Shown here piece by piece: positions 7,276-15,249 of a DNA stretch of 44,734 nucleotides. Positions within the stretch are counted from its first letter, which is position 1. The number at the start of each line of letters is the position of its first letter. Source of the DNA: a virus. Below the pieces are notes generated by a model that was given only the letters and a program-made list of their open reading frames with translations, made no database searches and had not been told where the DNA came from. The stretch lies in IMG/VR virus record IMGVR_UViG_3300048636_000162; one strand, given 5' to 3'. The translations under genes were made by a program, and so were the position numbers.

Positions 7276-8877
7276 ATGGCTCAGAAGAAGGACAAGACGC
7301 TCTCCATCGGGGAACTCTACGACTTCGCCGTCGATGAGCTTGAAGCGTTCATCCACAAGCCGAACATCCTGGCCTACAAGCCGTATTCGGATCAAGAAGG
7401 CTTCCACCGCTCCCCGAAGCCTGGGCGATACGTGGCAGGCGGGAACCGAGCAGGAAAGACTGCTGCCGAAGTCATCGAGGCGATCTGGATCGCGAATGAC
7501 ACGCACCCTTACCGGGAGCGTCCGGCCCACTGGGGGCACGGGCCTGTCCAGTTGCGCTTCGTCGTCGTCGACATCGCTAAGGGCGTTGAGCAGATCATCC
7601 TGCCTAACTTGAAGCGCTGGGTCCCTCGTTCGATGCTGGTCGACGGAGACTGGTTCAAGTCCTGGGACTCGAAGAACATGATCTTCACGTTCGAGAACGG
7701 CTCGACCATCGATTTCTTGACGCACGGCATGACGCTCGACAAGCATGGTGGTGTTCCCCGTCATGCGATCTTCTTCGACGAGGAACCGCCGCAGGACATC
7801 TTCAACGAGAATCTGATGCGCCTCGTCGACTACGACGGCTGGTGGGTCATCGCGGCAACGCCCGTGCAGGGTATGGGATGGACGTACGACCTCCTGTGGG
7901 AGCCTGCCCTCGACGGCACGGACCCACACGTCTCCTGCCACCACCTCGACCCCCGCAACAACCCCTACCTGAAGGCGGACAAGGAGCAGCGAGGCCGGTT
8001 CTTCGTCGGCATGTCGAAGGAAGAGCGGGAGATCCGCGAAGAGGGTAAGTTCGTCGCGAAGTCAGGTCTCGTGTTCAACACGTTCTCGAAGGTCACGCAC
8101 GTCCTTCCCGAGCCGGTCGACATGAACCTCATCCGTAACTGGACGTGGTACACCTCGACGGACTTCGGCTACAACAACCCGACTGCATGGCTGTGGACGG
8201 CTGTCGGCCCGCAGGGGCAGATGGTGACGTTCTCGGAGCACTACCAGCGTGAGATGACCATTCCCGAGCACGCGGCCATCGTGAACGCCCGAGAGCAGGC
8301 GTGGGGCCGCAGACCGGAGATCCGTACAGGTGACCCGGCAGGCAATCAGCGGATGCAGAACACCGGCATGTCGGCGATTCAGGAGTATGCCCGCCACGGT
8401 TTGTTCATCGGCACCGACTCGATCCCCCGTGACGAGATGATCGGCATCGAGAAGATGCAGCAGTATTTCAAGGTCTACGCCGCCGAGTCACCGTGGGGAA
8501 TCAACCGGCCCTTCTGGGTCATCTCCCCGAACTGCCCGAACTTCATCTCCGAACTCGGCAAGCTCCGCTGGAAGACGTACGAGTCCTCCAAGATGGCGTA
8601 CAACCAGAACAAGAAGGAGGAGGTCCACGACAAGGACAACCACTCCTTCGACGCTGCGAAGTACCTGGCGACAATGATGCCGGACCTCAAGCCGGTTCGA
8701 GACCTCTCGATGCCGCCGAAGAACCTCAGCGACAACGTGGTGTCTATGACGGACATCATCATGGAACAGCGGAGACAGGCTGAAGAGGCTGACCTTGTGC
8801 GCGCTCGTAACGGTGTCGTAAGGTGGGACACGGAAGACCTCGAAGACCTCGAAGACTACGAAAGGCATCTTGCATGA
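7276..8877 (+). CDS. Terminase large subunit
   Basis: Walker A GGNRAGKT and Walker B AIFFDEEP are present. Nuclease-type acidic motifs are STDFGYNNP and HDKDNHSFDAAKY. Size is 533 aa and the gene sits upstream of portal. Confidence 0.9.
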   Translation: MAQKKDKTLSIGELYDFAVDELEAFIHKPNILAYKPYSDQEGFHRSPKPGRYVAGGNRAGKTAAEVIEAIWIANDTHPYRERPAHWGHGPVQLRFVVVDIAKGVEQIILPNLKRWVPRSMLVDGDWFKSWDSKNMIFTFENGSTIDFLTHGMTLDKHGGVPRHAIFFDEEPPQDIFNENLMRLVDYDGWWVIAATPVQGMGWTYDLLWEPALDGTDPHVSCHHLDPRNNPYLKADKEQRGRFFVGMSKEEREIREEGKFVAKSGLVFNTFSKVTHVLPEPVDMNLIRNWTWYTSTDFGYNNPTAWLWTAVGPQGQMVTFSEHYQREMTIPEHAAIVNAREQAWGRRPEIRTGDPAGNQRMQNTGMSAIQEYARHGLFIGTDSIPRDEMIGIEKMQQYFKVYAAESPWGINRPFWVISPNCPNFISELGKLRWKTYESSKMAYNQNKKEEVHDKDNHSFDAAKYLATMMPDLKPVRDLSMPPKNLSDNVVSMTDIIMEQRRQAEEADLVRARNGVVRWDTEDLEDLEDYERHLA

Positions 8878-9320
8878 GCGACAGCAGATTCACCCTCCTC
8901 CCCAGTCCGCCCCTGCCCCCGGCACGAGACTTCGTGACCTGGAGTTCGGAGGACAAGAACGGCTTCATCGACACGGGCTTCACCGTCAAGCCGCATGAGG
9001 CGCAGCACACGGGTAGGGTGTACCTCTCCGTCGCCACGGTAAAGGAGATGGCGAAGATCGCTGGTCTCTTCGAGAAGCCGAGCGAGGCCAAGGAAGCCGC
9101 ATATCAGCAGGGATACGACGAAGGATACGCAGATGGACTCATTGACAACCTGGGCCTTGCTGAGCTTCGCGGGATTGTTGACCGTCTCAGTCATCTTGTC
9201 GAGCGCCTTCCTGATCCGGTGGTTCCTGAAGAGGGACCTGGAGCTGAGGGAGCAGTTGACGGGGACGATTCAGGGGCAACTGAGGCTCCTCGACAAGCAG
9301 ACGACTCTCCTTTCGACTAA
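8874..9320 (+). CDS. Hypothetical protein (148 aa); the 3' 188 nt overlap the next gene out of frame
   Basis: ATGA coupling to TerL. Codon bias is good up to about 9130 and poor thereafter. Confidence 0.5.
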   Translation: MSDSRFTLLPSPPLPPARDFVTWSSEDKNGFIDTGFTVKPHEAQHTGRVYLSVATVKEMAKIAGLFEKPSEAKEAAYQQGYDEGYADGLIDNLGLAELRGIVDRLSHLVERLPDPVVPEEGPGAEGAVDGDDSGATEAPRQADDSPFD

Positions 9321-9516
9321 GGACCCGCTGGCGTACCAGGCGGTACAGGCTATGGGAGTAGCTGGCGTGTATCCTGATGACGAGCCGTACGACCCTTCGG
9401 ATGAGGGGGAAATCCAGCGCACCAGCCGGGAGCCGGATGACTATGAAAGGGACGTGCTGAATGGAGACGAACAAGCAGCACTCGCCGACGCCCTCGGCGG
9501 CTACGGAATCCGCTGA
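9133..9516 (+). CDS. Membrane-anchored hypothetical protein (127 aa)
   Basis: gaagga SD precedes ATG 9133. The N-terminal TM is WALLSFAGLLTVSVILSSAFLI. Third-position GC is very high in this frame. Confidence 0.65.
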   Translation: MDSLTTWALLSFAGLLTVSVILSSAFLIRWFLKRDLELREQLTGTIQGQLRLLDKQTTLLSTKDPLAYQAVQAMGVAGVYPDDEPYDPSDEGEIQRTSREPDDYERDVLNGDEQAALADALGGYGIR

Positions 9517-11608
9517 TCTCCTGGCGCTCCCTGAGCAGACTGTCGACCTCATCAAGTTCCGCGCCTCTAAGCAGGGGCGAGACCTCGCGGCGTGGGTTCG
9601 GACCAACCTCACGAAGTCGCGGACGGAGCGGTCCCGCAAGGAGACGCAGTGGCGTCTGAACCTCGCATTCATCTTCGGTCAGCAGTACGCCGAGGTGTCG
9701 AAGATGCTCGGAGACAAGTACGACATCCGAGTGCCTGACGCTCCGAAGTACAAGAACCGCAAGACGATCAACCGCATCCGGTCCTTCACGCGGACAGAGC
9801 ACTCGAAGTTCCTCAGCCAGATCCCGAGCATCGTGGCCGTCCCGGCAACGGGCGAGATCGAAGACACGAACGCCGCTCAGGCCGCAGAACAGGTACTCCA
9901 GTCCTACACGTCGGGCCGGATGCTCCGTCGCCAGTACGGACGTGCGATGTGGTGGAAGGTCGCCACCGGCAACGGCTTCCTGAAGACGTGGTGGGACCCG
10001 AAGACCTTCGACCGCTTCAGCGGTCAGATGGGCGATATCGAGTACAACCCGATCTCCCCGTTTCATCTCTTCGTGCCGGATCTTCGTGAGCGAGAGATCG
10101 AAGATCAGCCCTTCGTCATCGAGGCCAAGACCCGAAGCTACGAGTGGGTCAAGCGCTTCTACGAAGAGGAGCTGAAGGGTGAGAAGCTGGCCCCCAGCAG
10201 TGAGTCCGTCTCAGCGACTCTCGACGACGTGCAAAGCAACCTGGCTCAGGCGTCGAAGTCGCACCTCGATAGCGTCATCATCTACGAGGCATGGATCAAG
10301 CCGGGAGCGACGAACCTCATGCCGCAGGGCGGTCTGGTCATCATGGTGGAGGACATCATCGTCGGCGTCTGGGACGCAGGACTCCCCTATCAGCACGGCA
10401 TGTTCCCGTACACGAAGTTCGAGCACATGTCGAACGAGACGTTCTACGCCGACAGCCCCATCGTCGACCTCATCCCCATCCAGCGGGAGATGAACGAGTA
10501 CCGTACTGAGTTCGCTGTGGCCGCTCGCCGGATGGCCCGCCCTCAGCTTCTCGTGCAGCGTGGCTCGCTGGCGGTATCCAAGCTCACGAACGAGCCGGGA
10601 TCGATCATCCAGTACAACCCCGGATTCGAGAAGCCTCAGCCGCTTCCGATGACCGACATTCCCTCGTACGCTACGAACAATCTGGAGCAGGCGCTTCGGG
10701 ACTTCGAGGATCTGTCGGGCCAGCACGAAATCTCTCGCGGCCAGGCACCGTCTGGCATCGAGTCCGGTACGGCGCTGTCCTTCCTCAAGGAGGCGGACGA
10801 CTCGTACCTGACGCCGCAGTACTACAACGTCGAAGAGGGCTTCGAGAACGTGTCGCGGCAGACCATCGAACTCTTCAACCAGTACGTCGACATGCCTCGC
10901 AAGATCAAGGTCGTCGGCCTGGATGGCTCGATGGACACCCGGCTTCTCCAGGGGTCGGATGTCGCAAAGGGCCTCGACGTTCGAGTGGAGCAGGGGTCCA
11001 GCGTCGGGCAGTCCCAGGCGGCGAAGCAGGCCAAGATCATCGAGCTGTGGAACGCGGGCATTCTCACCGACCAGAACCAGGCCCTCCGCTTGCTGGAGAT
11101 GGGCGGTGCTCAGAAGGTGCTTGACGTAGTGAACGCAGCGGAGCGTAAGGCTCAGCGAGAGAACCTGAAGATCAAGACCCTGCGTGAGCAAGAGATCGCT
11201 CAGCACGGTCAACAGATGGCGATGAACCTCATTGCGGGGATTTCGCGCGATCTCGGGATGCCCCCCGAAATGGCGATGAATGACCCGGAGATTCAGGCGC
11301 AGCTCCAGAACATGCCTCCCATGGTGCGAGCGGACGACTTCGATCTGCACGCCGTTCACATTGAGACGCACGACCGGTTCCGCATGTCTCAGGAGTACGA
11401 GGCTTTGCCGGATGCGGTCAAGGAGCAGTTCGACAAGCATGTCGAGCACCACAAGATGCTCCTCAGCGAGCAGATGATGCAACAGGCCCAGCAGGCGCAG
11501 TTGACGGCTATGTCCGGTGCTCCTGAGGACCCCGGTGCTAGCATGGGCGACAACGAGGTGGCGGCAAACGGAGTCGTCCCCGCACCTGACTCTCAAGGAG
11601 GGCAGTAG
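9461..11608 (+). CDS. Portal protein
   Basis: 715 aa, located between TerL and scaffold/capsid. The call rests on size and synteny, with no motif-level proof. Confidence 0.75.
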   Translation: METNKQHSPTPSAATESADLLALPEQTVDLIKFRASKQGRDLAAWVRTNLTKSRTERSRKETQWRLNLAFIFGQQYAEVSKMLGDKYDIRVPDAPKYKNRKTINRIRSFTRTEHSKFLSQIPSIVAVPATGEIEDTNAAQAAEQVLQSYTSGRMLRRQYGRAMWWKVATGNGFLKTWWDPKTFDRFSGQMGDIEYNPISPFHLFVPDLREREIEDQPFVIEAKTRSYEWVKRFYEEELKGEKLAPSSESVSATLDDVQSNLAQASKSHLDSVIIYEAWIKPGATNLMPQGGLVIMVEDIIVGVWDAGLPYQHGMFPYTKFEHMSNETFYADSPIVDLIPIQREMNEYRTEFAVAARRMARPQLLVQRGSLAVSKLTNEPGSIIQYNPGFEKPQPLPMTDIPSYATNNLEQALRDFEDLSGQHEISRGQAPSGIESGTALSFLKEADDSYLTPQYYNVEEGFENVSRQTIELFNQYVDMPRKIKVVGLDGSMDTRLLQGSDVAKGLDVRVEQGSSVGQSQAAKQAKIIELWNAGILTDQNQALRLLEMGGAQKVLDVVNAAERKAQRENLKIKTLREQEIAQHGQQMAMNLIAGISRDLGMPPEMAMNDPEIQAQLQNMPPMVRADDFDLHAVHIETHDRFRMSQEYEALPDAVKEQFDKHVEHHKMLLSEQMMQQAQQAQLTAMSGAPEDPGASMGDNEVAANGVVPAPDSQGGQ

Positions 11609-11609
11609 C

Positions 11610-11837
11610 ATGGCCGACAGGGACATCTACTCCTACACGCCGAAGCGTGAGAACAACCGCATCACCGGACCTACCGTAACGGAGCTTCGTGCCGCCCTCT
11701 CAGCGGCCAACGTCGAGGAAAGTGGGCCGAACGAGGACCGCTTCCCGGACAGCAAGCTCCAGACGATGACGAAGAACGACATGCTGAACGCCGTGCGTGT
11801 GCACGACGTTGCGGTGTCGCACGTCGTCGTTTCTTGA
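11610..11837 (+). CDS. Hypothetical protein (75 aa)
   Basis: aaggaggg SD precedes ATG 11610. Confidence 0.6.
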   Translation: MADRDIYSYTPKRENNRITGPTVTELRAALSAANVEESGPNEDRFPDSKLQTMTKNDMLNAVRVHDVAVSHVVVS

Positions 11838-11909
11838 TCTGTGCTACCGTGACCTACAACTGAACACAATTTCGAGCCAGGGCCTCCCGAGTAGGGGAGG
11901 TACAGCAGA

Positions 11910-12797
11910 ATGGAAGATCGAATGGACATCGAGGAAAACGGCCAGGCCGAAGCTCAGGCGGAAGAGACCGCCCAGGTAGAGGACAGCCAGCAGACCTCAG
12001 CCGAAACCGCACCGCAGGAGACCACCGGGGGAGATAACCCGGCATGGAACCCGATCCGAGAAGCCCTCGGCGATGTCGGCTACCACGCGATCAAGCCCCA
12101 CCTTCACGAGTGGGACAAGAGTGCCAACAAGCGCATCTCTGAAGTCAACGCGAAGTACGAGCCGTGGAAGGCGTTCGAGTCCGAAGGACTCTCGCCGGAC
12201 AAGCTGAGGGCCGCGTTCTCTCTTCAGCAGCAGATGGAGCAGATTGGCGCTGAGGGGCTTTATGCCCAGCTCCGAGAGGCACTGAAGCAGCAGGGACGAC
12301 TCCCCGCTGAGGAAGCCGCCGCTCAGCAGGAGCAGTCGGGAGAGGAAGACGGCGAGGATCTGGACCCGATGGCCCAGGAACTCTCCACTCTTCGAGAGCA
12401 GCAGGCTCAGTTCCAGCAGTACCTTCAGGAACAGGCCGCTCAGAAGGAGTACGAGACTCACCGACAGCAGTTCGAGTCGAAGATCGACCAGTCCATCAAG
12501 CAGATCCAATCGGATCACCCGGAGTTCTCCAAGCGAGACCTTCAGATGATCCTCTCCAACGCGGCGGCTGAGCATGGCCGTACCGGGCAGGAGCCGGACC
12601 TGATGAAGCTGGCTAGCGATCTTGCCGACTACCGCTCATCCATTCTGAACACACCCCGTCCGAACGATTCTGCTCCCCGCCTTCCGGGTGCTGGTGGGGG
12701 AAACCTCGCCGGACAGCAGGTTGACCCGAGCAAGCTGGATACCAACGGTTCCGTCGAACTCTTCGCCAACCTCCTGAAGGCACAGCAGAGCGGGTAG
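11910..12797 (+). CDS. Scaffolding protein candidate
   Basis: The sequence is acidic and Gln/Glu/Ala-rich with a coiled-coil character (295 aa). It lies immediately upstream of the capsid gene and has a ggggagg SD. Confidence 0.6.
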   Translation: MEDRMDIEENGQAEAQAEETAQVEDSQQTSAETAPQETTGGDNPAWNPIREALGDVGYHAIKPHLHEWDKSANKRISEVNAKYEPWKAFESEGLSPDKLRAAFSLQQQMEQIGAEGLYAQLREALKQQGRLPAEEAAAQQEQSGEEDGEDLDPMAQELSTLREQQAQFQQYLQEQAAQKEYETHRQQFESKIDQSIKQIQSDHPEFSKRDLQMILSNAAAEHGRTGQEPDLMKLASDLADYRSSILNTPRPNDSAPRLPGAGGGNLAGQQVDPSKLDTNGSVELFANLLKAQQSG

Positions 12798-12828
12798 GAC
12801 GAACCCCTACTCCTAGAAAGGAACTCCC

Positions 12829-14028
12829 GTGGTCGCCAACATCAACTCGATCACGCCCATCCTCAAAGAGGTCTACACGGGCAAGATTCGTGACCAGCTC
12901 AACAACGATGTCAAGACGCTGAAGCGCATCACGCGCTCGTCGGACGGCATCACCGAGACCATTGAAGGTAAGTACGTCACCTTCCCGATTCACGTCGAGC
13001 GCACCGCTGGTATCGGTTCGCGCGCTGAGTACGACTACCTCCCCGAGCCTGACCGTCAGGGCTACAAGGCGGCTCAGATCAACCTCACCTCGGCCTACGG
13101 GGCGATTGAGGTCACTGGTCAGGCCATCGACTTCTCCGAGTCGGACCCGCAGGCGTTTGCCCGCGTGATCGACCAGGAGACCTCGGGCATGAAGAACGAC
13201 CTCGCCAAGGATCTGAACCGTCAGATCTACGGCACCAGCGTCGGTACGCTGTCGACCCTCACCGGGGCCGTCGCGAACAACGCCACGTCGTTCGTTGTCG
13301 CGGACGCTCGCAAGTTCCGCCGCAACCTTCTCGTGGACATCGTGGATGTGTCGGCCTCGAACGCGATCATCCGCACCGTGAAGGTCACCGCCGTCAACAA
13401 GTCGACCAACACCCTTACGGTGTCGGGTGCAGATGGTTCGGCAGCGGGCGCCTCGGGCGACCTCGTGGTGGTCAGCGGCTCGCTGAACAACGAGATCTAC
13501 GGCCTCGACGACATCATCCAGGCTTCGGGTGCGCTGTACGGCGTCACCGATGAGGTCTGGCAGTCGACGGTAACCAACCTCGGCGGCGCTCTCTCCGAGG
13601 GCGCGATGATCAAGCTCGTGCAGGACATCGAGGACAATGGTGGCGGACAGCCGACTGTTGGCTTCACGACCTCTGGTGTCTACCGCTCGTACTTCAACCT
13701 CCTGTCGCAGATGCGTAGCATCGTCAACACGCAGGAGTTCTCGGGCGGTTTCAAGGGCCTGTCGTTCATCGCGGGCGGTGCGGAGATCCCGATCATTCAG
13801 GACACCGACGCCACTCCCGGCACGATCTACTTCGTGAACGAGAACAACCTTACCTTCTACCGCAAGAAGGAGTGGGACTGGCTCGATCGGGACGGCTCGA
13901 TGTGGAAGCAGGTTTCGACCAGCGGTGGTACCCGTGACGCCTGGAAGGCGTACATGGTTCAGCGCCACCAGCTCGGCACTGACCGCCGCAACACGCATGG
14001 CAAGCTGACGGGCGTAACTGAATCGTAG
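12829..14028 (+). CDS. Major capsid protein (HK97-fold type expected)
   Basis: 399 aa, with GTG start after aaagga. Codon bias is the strongest in the window. A strong hairpin follows. The call rests on position after the scaffold gene. Confidence 0.75.
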   Translation: MVANINSITPILKEVYTGKIRDQLNNDVKTLKRITRSSDGITETIEGKYVTFPIHVERTAGIGSRAEYDYLPEPDRQGYKAAQINLTSAYGAIEVTGQAIDFSESDPQAFARVIDQETSGMKNDLAKDLNRQIYGTSVGTLSTLTGAVANNATSFVVADARKFRRNLLVDIVDVSASNAIIRTVKVTAVNKSTNTLTVSGADGSAAGASGDLVVVSGSLNNEIYGLDDIIQASGALYGVTDEVWQSTVTNLGGALSEGAMIKLVQDIEDNGGGQPTVGFTTSGVYRSYFNLLSQMRSIVNTQEFSGGFKGLSFIAGGAEIPIIQDTDATPGTIYFVNENNLTFYRKKEWDWLDRDGSMWKQVSTSGGTRDAWKAYMVQRHQLGTDRRNTHGKLTGVTES

Positions 14029-14043
14029 AGCCTGATTTTCTTA

Positions 14044-14081
14044 GGGGGTGTGATATCTTTAGGTATGGATATCACACCCCC
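14044..14081 (+). terminator. Perfect 14-bp-stem hairpin immediately after the capsid gene
   Basis: gggggtgtgatatc (14044-14057) pairs with gatatcacaccccc (14068-14081). The loop contains ATG 14065 of the HNH ORF. Confidence 0.5.
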
Positions 14082-14682
14082 TCTCCGTGCGTCCGAGAGA
14101 CAGAAGAGAACGTTTGAAACCTACGTCAAGAGGGTAGGGGACTGCTTAGTGTGGGTAGGCGCAAAGACTAAGCCAGACTGGCGCGGCTACGCCATCTATG
14201 GCCTTGAAGGTAAGACGACTCTGTTACACAGAGAGCTGTGGAAAAACTATCGAGGACCCCTGCGTGACGATCAGCAGTTAGACCACCTCTGCCGCAATCG
14301 GGCGTGCATCAATCTCGACCACTTAGAGCCTGTTTCCTGCCAGGAAAACCATCTTCGGGGCTACGGCCTGTCGTCTGAGAACGCGGGCAAGACCCATTGC
14401 CCTAAGGGACACGAGTATTCGGACGAGAACACGTACCTCTCAGATGGCCGTAGGCACTGCCGAGCGTGTCGGGCTGAAACTGGGTTTGCTTGGAAGCGGG
14501 CAAACACATGGCAGGGAGGCGTGCACGGAAGAGACAAGACTCACTGTAAGCACGGACACCCTTTCAATGAAGAAAATACGTATTACAGGAAGTTGCCTAA
14601 CGGTCAAACACGTCGTACCTGCCGTGCATGTGTGAGAAGCTCAAAGGAGCGTTACTTGGAGAGACTTCGCTCTGAGAGTTGA
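14050..14682 (+). CDS. HNH endonuclease with two Cys/His-rich THCxxGH...CRAC modules (possible homing endonuclease)
   Basis: DHLCRNRACINLDHLEPVSCQEN is an HNH core. The repeats are THCPKGHEY...RRHCRACR and THCKHGHPF...RRTCRACV. The alternative start is ATG 14065. GC3 is visibly lower than in flanking genes. Confidence 0.8.
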   Translation: MISLGMDITPPLRASERQKRTFETYVKRVGDCLVWVGAKTKPDWRGYAIYGLEGKTTLLHRELWKNYRGPLRDDQQLDHLCRNRACINLDHLEPVSCQENHLRGYGLSSENAGKTHCPKGHEYSDENTYLSDGRRHCRACRAETGFAWKRANTWQGGVHGRDKTHCKHGHPFNEENTYYRKLPNGQTRRTCRACVRSSKERYLERLRSES

Positions 14683-14703
14683 GTCGGTATCGTCCTCCCT
14701 CAA

Positions 14704-14743
14704 GAGGTCCCTGACTGGTGGTATGATCCCAGTCAGGGACCTC
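14704..14743 (+). terminator. Perfect 15-bp-stem hairpin after the HNH gene
   Basis: gaggtccctgactgg (14704-14718) pairs with ccagtcagggacctc (14729-14743), with a 10-nt loop. Confidence 0.6.
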
Positions 14744-14762
14744 TCACTTGTAAGGAGCCAAG

Positions 14763-14951
14763 ATGACTATCACTGATTCGGAACTCGCGTTCTATCAGTC
14801 GGTCGTCGCTGACTCCGATGGGAAGACCGTCTCCGACCTCCGGTACGCCTACTATCTCGGCGTGCTGAGCGGGGAGATCGCTGTCGTTCCTGCTCTTGTG
14901 GAAGACCCCTCGGATGAGGGTACGTACGTCGTTGTAGGAACGGGGTCCTGA
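14763..14951 (+). CDS. Small hypothetical protein (62 aa), paralog of the next gene
   Basis: taaggag SD. It shares A.Y..VVA....DLR.AYY.GVLSG and LVEDP.DEGTY..V with the 14953-15240 product. Confidence 0.65.
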   Translation: MTITDSELAFYQSVVADSDGKTVSDLRYAYYLGVLSGEIAVVPALVEDPSDEGTYVVVGTGS

Positions 14952-14952
14952 G

Positions 14953-15240
14953 ATGTCGCTCTCGTCAGCCGATCAGGCATACTACGACCGCGTTGTCGCG
15001 GCCCCTGCCGACTACAACATCAACGACCTCCGTCGTGCATACTACGTTGGCGTCCTGAGCGGCGACGTGACTCCTGGTGGCCCCCTCTCGACGTTCGAGC
15101 AGTACCTCATCGCTGAGGCCGGTACAGATGGCACAGAGCTGAACACGGCTCTCGTGGAGGCCGTATCTGTTCCCTTGACCGACACGACCCTCGTCGAAGA
15201 CCCGGACGATGAGGGTACATACATCATCGTCCCGAGCTAG
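14953..15240 (+). CDS. Small hypothetical protein (95 aa), paralog of the previous gene
   Basis: Same shared motifs, with a roughly 30-aa insertion. Confidence 0.65.
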   Translation: MSLSSADQAYYDRVVAAPADYNINDLRRAYYVGVLSGDVTPGGPLSTFEQYLIAEAGTDGTELNTALVEAVSVPLTDTTLVEDPDDEGTYIIVPS

Positions 15241-15249
15241 GAGACCTCG

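Noticed and set aside
10211-11626. A 471-aa ORF antisense to the portal gene. Similar long antisense or out-of-frame ORFs lie at 12613-13998, 23461-24702, 25066-26613, 25799-26845, 29133-30116, 31428-32507 and 37991-39784.
   Set aside because: All lie inside well-supported genes on the opposite strand or in another frame. Their composition is Arg/Leu/Val/Asp-heavy, and they lack SD sites and operon logic.
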